Of a stretch of 64,000 nucleotides of DNA, positions 57,749 through 64,000 are shown piece after piece. Under the pieces are notes generated by a model that saw only the letters and a list, made by a program, of their open reading frames with translations, made no database searches and was not told the DNA's origin. The stretch's first letter is position 1. Every line of letters begins with the position of its first letter. Source of the stretch: Dehalococcoidia bacterium (lineage in GTDB: Bacteria > Chloroflexota > Dehalococcoidia > Dehalococcoidales > RBG-16-60-22); NCBI GenBank assembly GCA_003141235.1, contig PLLL01000092.1:1891-65890 (forward strand), written 5' to 3'. The position numbers and the translations under genes were made by a program.

Positions 57749-58444
57749 ATGCGTCGAACTATTATCGCGCTATTACTATTAATCGTTCTTTTAATGCCTT
57801 TCTTGAGCTCCTGCGATTCGGGCGACCTCCAGTTGCTCATCGACTACGCCAAGATGTGGGCCATGGTTCATGGTATTACTGATTCCGATGGCCATATCGA
57901 TACAGGCGCAGGGTTGCGTTACGTCGCCGGCGACGCTTTAGGATTCGGCACTACCGGGGACAAGGAAGGTGACGCCGTCATCGATTCCGCGCGCACGGTA
58001 AAGGACATCCGGTATGCGGAGAAAGAGGCCAAGCAAGGCTGGAAAGATCTATACGATGGGAAAGAGGTGGCGACTGTGGTTCTGCCTCATTACAACAATG
58101 CAGTAAATACCCGGGACAAAGATTATTCCTACTATAACGAGCGCGGCATTGCCCATTTGATGGATCTAAACGGGTACAAAAGCCAGGAAGCCGCCGATAA
58201 GGATTTCCAGACGGCGGGTGACATGACATACGACCACTCCTATGTTTATGAGACGATGTACAGGCAACGCGCGGAGAAACTGGAACAGTTAGTACAGCAC
58301 CGCGACGAGGTTTATCACGCGGTGCCCAAACGGCTTTACGTGGCGCTTTCAGATACTTACAGTTGTCTGTACCTGCGGACGGGCTGGGCCCAGTACAAAC
58401 AGCTCCAACAACAGGTAGATACCAAGCTTATGGGATACCAGTAA
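57749..58444 (+). CDS. lipoprotein (231 aa), unknown function
   Basis: Signal peptide with a lipobox (LLMPFLSSC). 18 nt after the previous gene. Confidence 0.6.
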   Translation: MRRTIIALLLLIVLLMPFLSSCDSGDLQLLIDYAKMWAMVHGITDSDGHIDTGAGLRYVAGDALGFGTTGDKEGDAVIDSARTVKDIRYAEKEAKQGWKDLYDGKEVATVVLPHYNNAVNTRDKDYSYYNERGIAHLMDLNGYKSQEAADKDFQTAGDMTYDHSYVYETMYRQRAEKLEQLVQHRDEVYHAVPKRLYVALSDTYSCLYLRTGWAQYKQLQQQVDTKLMGYQ

Positions 58445-58603
58445 AATATACTGGCGTATAAAAAATTGCAGTAAAAGCGGTAGTGTATCAGTTTGAACTT
58501 AACGATTTGCCTTGCCTGTGCAGGACTTTATTCTCATAATAACAATGACTAACGATGTATTGAATTAAGGCATAGCCGTGCTTAAGCTTATAGCGGGAGG
58601 CAC

Positions 58604-59386
58604 ATGGTGAAGGCTAATACAACGTTACTTCGCAGATTCGTGTCATTGGTAAAATTTCTACCAATCATTGCTTTGATTATTGGCCTGGATGGGTGCGCGA
58701 CCATTAACATTCCGCCAAATCCGGCTTCTGCCCCTATCCCATCTCCAGCACCACCAATATCGTCACCTGTAGTTCCCTCAGCACCCGTATCTACTCTCCC
58801 TGTTGCACCTGCACCACCAATATCGTCACCTGTAGTTCCCTCAGTACCCGTATCTACTCTCCCTGTTACATCTACAACACCAATATCGTCACCTGTCATG
58901 AGACTGAGCACAAATGGCAGTAATCTCGGCACTCAGTTGGACATAAAAGGTGCTAACGTTAAATCGAATGCCATCACACCTACAAAATATGATGATGTTA
59001 TAAATTTCTTAGAAAAAGACGATACATATAAAATACTATATAAGCCGGGTCATTTTGTCTGTTGGAATTTCGCCAAACGATTACAAGACCATGCGGTGAA
59101 ATCAGATATAAGTTGTGCTGTGGTTACGTTAGCATGGGGCACCGGTCACAGAAGTCATGTAATCGACGCTTTTAAGACTGATGAAGGGCTTATTTGGGTA
59201 GACGCTACGGGAAGTCATTTAAAAAAAATAATGGGGCATTTTCAAATACAAAAACCGATGGTAAAAGGCGATAATTATGTGTATGAAGAAACAGGAGGAT
59301 TACCGCCAGAAAAAGTTACTTTAAATGCTGTTACTTATAGCTGGCAAGTGGGAGATTCTCCTCCGGCATCTCTCCGCAATCCTTAG
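58604..59386 (+). CDS. lipoprotein with Pro-rich tandem-repeat stalk and transglutaminase-like cysteine peptidase domain
   Basis: Lipobox LIIGLDGC and the repeats PAPPISSPVVPS(A/V)PVSTLPV. The C-terminal GHFVCWNFAKRL...HRSHVIDAF...LIWVDATG fits a C-H-D transglutaminase-like core. Confidence 0.6.
   Translation: MVKANTTLLRRFVSLVKFLPIIALIIGLDGCATINIPPNPASAPIPSPAPPISSPVVPSAPVSTLPVAPAPPISSPVVPSVPVSTLPVTSTTPISSPVMRLSTNGSNLGTQLDIKGANVKSNAITPTKYDDVINFLEKDDTYKILYKPGHFVCWNFAKRLQDHAVKSDISCAVVTLAWGTGHRSHVIDAFKTDEGLIWVDATGSHLKKIMGHFQIQKPMVKGDNYVYEETGGLPPEKVTLNAVTYSWQVGDSPPASLRNP
58745..58896 (+). repeat. 63-bp in-frame tandem repeat, about 2.4 copies
   Basis: Units start at about 58748, 58811 and 58874 (GCACCACCAATATCGTCACCTGTAGTTCCCTCAG...). 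The first two copies differ at only a few positions. Confidence 0.85.
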
Positions 59387-59504
59387 CCATTCACATCAAA
59401 CCGGCATGAATTAGTAACAGAGTATATCTCCAAAAATGAAGTATCGAGTAGCGGAAGTAGCCTAAAGACCTCAAATTGACCCACTACCGTAAAAGCGCCT
59501 GGCT

Positions 59505-61244
59505 TTATTTCAGCTGCATAAATCCCTTGGTTTTCAGGCTGATATCGCCGCCGGACACATAAGTGCCGATGATATTCCCTCTGGTAATCGGCAAAAGCAG
59601 GTGCGAGGGATATTGCGCATTATGGTATACGGTGATGGTATTAGGCGTCTGACTGCTCAGGTGGTTCATCTTTACCTGGGTCAGGTCCTCGGGCACATCA
59701 TCAGTGCTGGCTATCTTCAGCACGATACTGTGGCCCGCTTTGATGAGGGCGGCGGTGGGGTTCAGGTTGATGGTCAACGGGTATACCTGCCCCGGCACCA
59801 GCGGCTGGGATTTAGTGTGGGTATAAACAGCTGCATACGGTTTTGACTTTTTAATATCCAGCTCACGGTGGGAAGCCTTTAAATAGCCCTGTGTCAGGAA
59901 CGTCTCTTTACCTTCGGCATCGGCATCGAACATATTGATGACAAAGTTCATATCCGTGCCGCGGCATGAGGCATAAAGATTCAGGACGATTGGCCCGGCT
60001 ATCTCCGTATTTTCTACCATCGGCGCCGAAGCGTATTTAATATTCCCGTGATTGCCCGGGGCGTCATCGTAAGAAAATGCTTCGGCCTCCGGCCACGGCT
60101 CTATCTCACAGAGGCTGTGGTTCTCATGCAGGTTGAAAGGGATGAATTTCGTGCCGGGGACGGGGAAATCATCCGCATTAAGCCACTCGCCGGTCCCCTG
60201 GACGAAGAGCCTCACATTCGGCTCGTCCATGATGCCGGTGTCCAGTCCCTTTAGCCAGCAGTCGTACCAGCGCAGCAGCTCCCAGCTGAACTGGTAGAAC
60301 GGCCTGTCGGTATAAGCGGGCGGGCAGTTAAGCAGCTTCTTGGGCATTTTCATTTCCTGCCAGTGCAGGAAGGCGCCGGGACGGTGGGCGGCCGCCACGA
60401 TATAAGACGGTATTTTGATTTTGCTGTAATCCATGATGGCGCGGTCTTCCCAGTAGTCGCACCAGGTGGGATGCAGTAATACATCTATCACCGTGCCGTT
60501 CGTGACGACATCCGGGTTCTTCAGGGCGTCTACCAGCTGCGGTTCGGCGCTGATGTCTTTATCGGCCAGCGCGCGGGCGATGGCCTCTTTATAGCCTTTC
60601 TCCCCCAGCTCTTTCAAGGCTACTTTCTCATCGTGGTGCAAATCAAAATTAGCCAGGGAGACGAGCCATCTTAAAAAACCGTTGGCGAGTAAACCACCCG
60701 GGTACCAGTAAAAGTTGTACATATCCCAGAAAGCGCTGACAGGGGCGATACACTTTAGATGGGGCGGCTCCATCAGGGCTACCTGCGCATGATGGGTGCC
60801 GAAGTAGCCGATGCCGGCCATGCCCACGTTGCCGTTACACCAGGGCTGTTTGGCTGCCCATTCCACGACGTCATAAGCGTCTCCGGCTTCCTTGGAACCC
60901 AGGTGATTGTAAGCTCCGCCGGACTTGCCCGTGCCGCGCACCGACCCGATGATATATACGTAACCCCTCCGCACAAAAAAATCGATTGGCCCTGCCTCGA
61001 CTGAAGCATCCGCGACGCCGCGGATACGCCGGCTCCTGGAAGCCGCCGGCCAGATGCGGTCGGACTGGATGTCTTTATTAAAGGCGGACATCGCTACCAG
61101 TGCCGGGAATTTGCCTTTGCTCTCAGGGCGGAAAACGTCCACGCACACTTTAACGCCGTCCCGCGTGGGTACGAAAATATCGCGGTTGGCGACGATTTCA
61201 TGCTCTCTTTTTGATATCTGCTTGTTGCCGAAGATAGCGTCCAT
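59505..61244 (-). CDS. CocE/NonD family hydrolase (X-Pro dipeptidyl-peptidase S15-like)
   Basis: DIFVPTRDGVKVCVDVFRPESKGKFPALVAMSAFNKD, an alpha/beta hydrolase core and a C-terminal beta-sandwich. 579 aa, with GC-rich core-like composition. Confidence 0.85.
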   Translation of the reverse strand: MDAIFGNKQISKREHEIVANRDIFVPTRDGVKVCVDVFRPESKGKFPALVAMSAFNKDIQSDRIWPAASRSRRIRGVADASVEAGPIDFFVRRGYVYIIGSVRGTGKSGGAYNHLGSKEAGDAYDVVEWAAKQPWCNGNVGMAGIGYFGTHHAQVALMEPPHLKCIAPVSAFWDMYNFYWYPGGLLANGFLRWLVSLANFDLHHDEKVALKELGEKGYKEAIARALADKDISAEPQLVDALKNPDVVTNGTVIDVLLHPTWCDYWEDRAIMDYSKIKIPSYIVAAAHRPGAFLHWQEMKMPKKLLNCPPAYTDRPFYQFSWELLRWYDCWLKGLDTGIMDEPNVRLFVQGTGEWLNADDFPVPGTKFIPFNLHENHSLCEIEPWPEAEAFSYDDAPGNHGNIKYASAPMVENTEIAGPIVLNLYASCRGTDMNFVINMFDADAEGKETFLTQGYLKASHRELDIKKSKPYAAVYTHTKSQPLVPGQVYPLTINLNPTAALIKAGHSIVLKIASTDDVPEDLTQVKMNHLSSQTPNTITVYHNAQYPSHLLLPITRGNIIGTYVSGGDISLKTKGFMQLK

Positions 61245-61313
61245 ATTTAACCCTCCACGGTTGCTTTTTTATCGGTGATTCGGGATATTCTACATAGAAG
61301 TACCACGCCACGT

Positions 61314-61324
61314 ATTATACCACA
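61314..61324 (-). promoter_or_regulatory. extended -10 promoter element (TGTGGTATAAT) for the CocE/NonD gene
   Basis: The minus strand reads TGTGGTATAAT, about 70 nt upstream of the start codon. Confidence 0.5.
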
Positions 61325-61437
61325 ACGGTCAATATATCCTAAAAAACCCTGAAAGCGGGGTAGTGGGTCAATTTGACTTGGTTTATACTTATTCCTATTT
61401 GTGTTAAAATAGTTGCACTTCTAAACGGGGGTGCAAC

Positions 61438-61899
61438 ATGGCTAACTGTGCGGATTGCGGATTTATTACTTTAAGAGATGAAAAAACTAGAGGATTTATA
61501 GAGGTAGAAGATATATATCGAAAAACTGGAGCATTTTCTAGGAATGGTCTATTTGGAATATACCCTCTATGCTTTAAGGATATTTATTGTATCCCAAATG
61601 AAGTAGAGACAGCACGAAAGAAAGTCGGAGATGAAGTTAAAGATGATGGGGTGGGCGGCCAGATATTACCGCAATATGCCAAGTATATAAAAGAGGTTTT
61701 AGACACATCAAGAGATTGTAACCATTTTAGAAAGTGGCAACAAGGGTATTCCCCCAAGGAGCATCAAGGAATGATAGATAGAGAACACGAGAGACGTTGG
61801 CATATTATTGAAGTTACTCTTATATTAGTTGTAGGCTTAATAGCTAGCATAGGGAGTGCTTTAGTTGGAGCATGGATAGCTAACGGTAGGCTTCCGTAA
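61438..61899 (+). CDS. hypothetical protein with C-terminal TM helix (IS passenger)
   Basis: 153 aa with an N-terminal CxxC (NCADCGF) and the C-terminal TM LILVVGLIASIGSALVGAWI. It lies between the left inverted repeat and the transposase 3' end. Confidence 0.55.
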   Translation: MANCADCGFITLRDEKTRGFIEVEDIYRKTGAFSRNGLFGIYPLCFKDIYCIPNEVETARKKVGDEVKDDGVGGQILPQYAKYIKEVLDTSRDCNHFRKWQQGYSPKEHQGMIDREHERRWHIIEVTLILVVGLIASIGSALVGAWIANGRLP

Positions 61900-61904
61900 A
61901 AGTT

Positions 61905-62741
61905 CTATTTTGCTAGTTTTACAATATCTTCTACGCTCCAAATTCTATTCGTAATTCCGCTTGCCATAGCAGGTGTTCTAGGATAGGGATTAGCAAGTGT
62001 CTTATGAGGTCTAGCGAAGTTATAGTACATGAAATGGAGTGCTACAGCGTATTCCAGGTTCTCTATCTTCTTAGAAAACGCGTTGGTTAATCTAGTAAAA
62101 CGTCTCATGCTCATTCTCATGGTAAGGTTCTGACGCTCTACAAAGCTCGTAGAGATAAATTTATCATCGGGGTTGCCGCGAATAATTTGTTTTTCTGTTC
62201 CTAGACATATTGCCGGACTATATCGTTTTTCGCCCTCTGATTCTTTGCCGTATAACTTATTAAGCATGGCATAATCAATATCTATACCGAAAGCATCTTC
62301 TACAGTGTTGAGATACGCTTTATTACCATCGGTTGTTAATTGAATCCTGTTTAAAAGTCTATCCTTAGCATCGTTAATAAAATGGGTAGCACATTCAATG
62401 TTTCTTAGGCCGACCAGAAAGCTAACACATAATTTAGTATCAGCGTCCAGAGCGACCCAAGTCCAAACATCACCATAACCGAATTTACCTTGTTTATTTT
62501 CAGGGACGTTCTTTTGTTTGGCATAGCAGAATGACCAAATCTCGTCACATTGAATATGCTTTGAATTGAGGTTAATGAGGGTTTTATCCTGATATAGAGC
62601 GCAAGCCTTACCTACAGACGTTAAGAGACGTGTCACAGTGCCTTTAGCAGTTCCGGTCATTCGGCAAGTGGCACGGATTGAATTACCTTCAACTAGAGCG
62701 GTTATTACCTGCACCTGTTTTTCAATGCTTATCTTATTCAT
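61905..62741 (-). CDS. IS1-family transposase (single fused ORF)
   Basis: N-terminal HTH (SIRATCRMTGTAKGTVTRLL). ...QCDEIWSFCYAKQKN..., ...LTTDGNKAY... and ...ERQNLTMRMSMRRFTRLTNAFSKK...YNF.RPH match IS1 InsAB-type DDE transposases. I place the start at MNKISI (62741), downstream of the TTGACA-17-TATAAT promoter. Confidence 0.8.
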   Translation of the reverse strand: MNKISIEKQVQVITALVEGNSIRATCRMTGTAKGTVTRLLTSVGKACALYQDKTLINLNSKHIQCDEIWSFCYAKQKNVPENKQGKFGYGDVWTWVALDADTKLCVSFLVGLRNIECATHFINDAKDRLLNRIQLTTDGNKAYLNTVEDAFGIDIDYAMLNKLYGKESEGEKRYSPAICLGTEKQIIRGNPDDKFISTSFVERQNLTMRMSMRRFTRLTNAFSKKIENLEYAVALHFMYYNFARPHKTLANPYPRTPAMASGITNRIWSVEDIVKLAK

Positions 62742-62760
62742 ATCTAACCTCACTAGATAT

Positions 62761-62789
62761 ATTATACATGACCGCTCAAGCATTGTCAA
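62761..62789 (-). promoter_or_regulatory. consensus promoter of the transposase gene
   Basis: On the minus strand: TTGACA (62784-89), 17 nt, TATAAT (62761-66). The block 62761-62825 is a diverged duplicate of 63511-63570. Confidence 0.7.
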
Positions 62790-62850
62790 TAGTAAATAGG
62801 TTAATTTGAGATAAATATTTTGTAGGAGCTTTATATGGAATGGATAGGAA

Positions 62851-63111
62851 CTATGTATTTTTCTGACGGGGACGACGTGCTAGAAATGAAACAATTAAAT
62901 GATTCCCAAGTAGTAAAAACGTATGTGAAATTATCTCCCAATGACCACCCCGAACCTCATTTAGATTCTCTGGAAGGAGCATCATAGGCTTATTAAGATT
63001 TAGTGTTATTAACTTGCATAAACCACTGGCATCAAGTTTTGCATCTTCGGGACTAAAATCAATTGCAGTTTGGATAGTTGTGTATTCGTATTTTTTATTT
63101 TGCCCAAACAT
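62851..63111 (-). CDS. hypothetical protein (86 aa, IS passenger)
   Basis: I place the start at MFGQNK (63111), with GGAGGTG 7 nt upstream. I recognise no family. Confidence 0.5.
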   Translation of the reverse strand: MFGQNKKYEYTTIQTAIDFSPEDAKLDASGLCKLITLNLNKPMMLLPENLNEVRGGHWEIISHTFLLLGNHLIVSFLARRPRQKNT

Positions 63112-63134
63112 CTCTATCACCTCCAAAATAATTT

Positions 63135-63308
63135 TTACATAGGGGCTTGTCTTAGTTTTTGTATTATTATAATAGGGGTAACAATAATGCCTATAAGTGC
63201 AGTTAATAGACCGATAGGCCAGAACAATATAGTTAAAAATATACTAAGAATTATACCAAAAATAGAGACAATAATCCCTGCGTATATTACCTTTGCTTTA
63301 TAAGACAT
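63135..63308 (-). CDS. small two-TM membrane protein (57 aa, IS passenger)
   Basis: I place the start at MSYKAK (63308). The body is hydrophobic (IYAGIIVSIFGIILSIFLTILFWPIGLLTALIGIIV). It overlaps the upstream ORF by 11 nt. Confidence 0.5.
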   Translation of the reverse strand: MSYKAKVIYAGIIVSIFGIILSIFLTILFWPIGLLTALIGIIVTPIIIIQKLRQAPM

Positions 63309-63504
63309 TTTTATCCTTCCCCCATCTAGAATTAGCAGCCTTTTTAGCAATCTCTTTTCTTTGTTTCGGTGTTAATTTACTCGCTCTAGCCTTACCACCT
63401 TTTAAACCGCCAAGTCTCCCTAGAGCAACGGCGTTAGGATTTTTAGAAAATTCACCAGTAACTTGTCCAACTATTTTAGAAGCTATTACATTTATATCTT
63501 TCAT
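63298..63504 (-). CDS. small basic protein with GRLGG-KGGKARA...RKEIAKKAA..RW motif
   Basis: 68 aa. The motif is common in small phage- or mobile-element-associated proteins, and I do not know its function. A TTGACA-18-TAAAAT promoter lies at 63511-63540. Confidence 0.55.
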   Translation of the reverse strand: MKDINVIASKIVGQVTGEFSKNPNAVALGRLGGLKGGKARASKLTPKQRKEIAKKAANSRWGKDKNVL

Positions 63505-63577
63505 ACCTTAATTTTACATAAGCGGTCAAGCATCTGTCAATAGTACAGAAATTCAAATTGACCCACTACCGAAAGCG

Positions 63578-63597
63578 GGTAGTGTATCACTATGAAT
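63578..63597. repeat. solo IS1-type left end abutting the IS right end
   Basis: GGTAGTGTATCACTATGAAT resembles the left ends at 9912 and 58479. Together with 63553-63570 it forms an imperfect 45-nt palindrome. Confidence 0.5.
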
Positions 63598-63807
63598 TTA
63601 GTTGTTCAGAATTAGCCTGATGAAAACCCCCAAGTATATCATAACTCCTACTGTCATCCAAACTATGGCCAAAACTTTTAGGGATCGCACTTTTTGTTTC
63701 TTTTTATCTTCCGGCGCTGAAAGATATCTTGCTAAATAAAATAGGGGTACTCCAATAGCAATTAGCACTACTCCCATTGACCAGATAATCAAACTATTGG
63801 TATCCAT
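63598..63807 (-). CDS. small two-TM membrane protein (69 aa)
   Basis: AT-rich ORF starting 2 nt after the upstream stop. Hydrophobic helices IIWSMGVVLIAIGVPLFYL and LAIVWMTVGVMIYLGVFI. Confidence 0.5.
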   Translation of the reverse strand: MDTNSLIIWSMGVVLIAIGVPLFYLARYLSAPEDKKKQKVRSLKVLAIVWMTVGVMIYLGVFIRLILNN

Positions 63808-63809
63808 TT

Positions 63810-64000
63810 TTAGCTACCTCCCTTTGCCGCTTTCAGGTTTTTCCTCAGGGCCGCGGTAGCGGTAGCATCCACCTTGATGGTCTCGGGATTCTTCGGGTCT
63901 TTTTGTATCAGTACCACGCCGTAAACATCTTTCGCTCTTTTGAACGAAACCAGCCCTTCAATAGCGCCAAACCGCACTTTTTCCGGGTCTCTATCCAGCG
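63810..64000 (-). CDS. hydantoinase B/oxoprolinase-family protein, C-terminal end (5' part outside the window)
   Basis: The minus-strand translation ...LDRDPEKVRFGAIEGLVSFKRAKDVYGVVLIQKDPKNPETIKVDATATAALRKNL... matches the conserved HyuB-type C-terminus (RDPE.V..DV..G.VS...A...YGVV...D...T..LR). It is absent from the ORF track because it has no start codon in the window. Confidence 0.75.
   Translation of the reverse strand, partial: LDRDPEKVRFGAIEGLVSFKRAKDVYGVVLIQKDPKNPETIKVDATATAALRKNLKAAKGGS

Larger units (their letters stand above)
58479..59488. mobile_element. transposase-less mobile insertion cassette with IS1-type ends
   Basis: Left end GGTAGTGTATCAGTTTGA (58479-96), right end TCAAATTGACCCACTACC (59471-88); 15 of 18 positions are complementary. 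It is flanked by the 8-bp direct repeat GTAAAAGC (58471-78 and 59489-96) and carries a single non-transposase gene. Confidence 0.7.
61359..63570. mobile_element. IS1-family insertion sequence (single-ORF, ISMhu11-like) carrying passenger genes
   Basis: Exact 18-bp terminal inverted repeats GGTAGTGGGTCAATTTGA (61359-76) / TCAAATTGACCCACTACC (63553-70), flanked by the 8-bp direct repeat GAAAGCGG (61351-58 and 63571-78). The ends fit the IS1 GGnnnTG rule. It encodes an IS1-like transposase plus four small ORFs. Confidence 0.8.

Noticed and set aside
58471-63597. Possibility that the repeated boundary motifs are integron attC sites and that the AT-rich genes are integron cassettes.
   Set aside because: There is no intI gene in the window, no GTTRRRY core sites, and the cassettes are not uniformly oriented in an array. 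The exact terminal inverted repeats, the 8-bp direct repeats and an IS1-type transposase fit transposition instead.
1-64000. Scan for CRISPR arrays, tRNA, rRNA and tmRNA genes in all intergenic regions longer than 100 nt.
   Set aside because: I saw no regularly spaced direct repeats and no cloverleaf-compatible or rRNA-like sequences by eye. A tRNAscan or covariance-model run would be needed to exclude small RNAs formally.

Overview
The window is a GC-rich bacterial chromosome segment whose gene content points to an anaerobe: two tungsten/molybdopterin AOR-family oxidoreductases, a 2-oxoacid:ferredoxin oxidoreductase, a radical SAM enzyme and a selenocysteine-containing SelD. I cannot assign taxonomy from sequence alone. 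Core genes include the gyrA 3' end, a CIRCE-controlled hrcA-grpE-dnaK operon, an ABC-2 exporter, a MoxR/DUF58/DUF4129 operon, a beta-oxidation-like cluster (crotonase, DUF35, thiolase-like, 3-hydroxyacyl-CoA dehydrogenase), and a giant multi-PAS kinase with an HD-GYP-like response regulator upstream of a pilin-like trio. Visibly AT-richer accessory islands interrupt this backbone, most of them on the minus strand with their own near-consensus sigma70 promoters.

Four things the ORF track misses:
- selD is truncated in the track at an in-frame TGA. This is a selenocysteine codon, and a SECIS-like hairpin follows it.
- A fluoride (crcB-type) riboswitch with a terminator expression platform precedes a cation:proton antiporter.
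- An IS1-family element has exact 18-bp inverted repeats, an 8-bp target duplication and passenger genes. A transposase-less cassette carries the same ends, and there is also a decayed copy carrying a NYN-domain gene.
- Remnants of an integrase and of a transposase are present, along with two families of palindromic intergenic repeats.

The best candidates for undescribed biology are:
- the variable-passenger IS1/cassette system
- an AT-rich TIGR04255-like plus MazF-like-core gene pair
- a Panacea (DUF4065) antitoxin with an uncharacterised toxin
- an orphan GN-repeat protein pair
- a pilin trio ending in a 950-aa modular protein, with no assembly genes nearby

No rRNA, tRNA or CRISPR array was seen.
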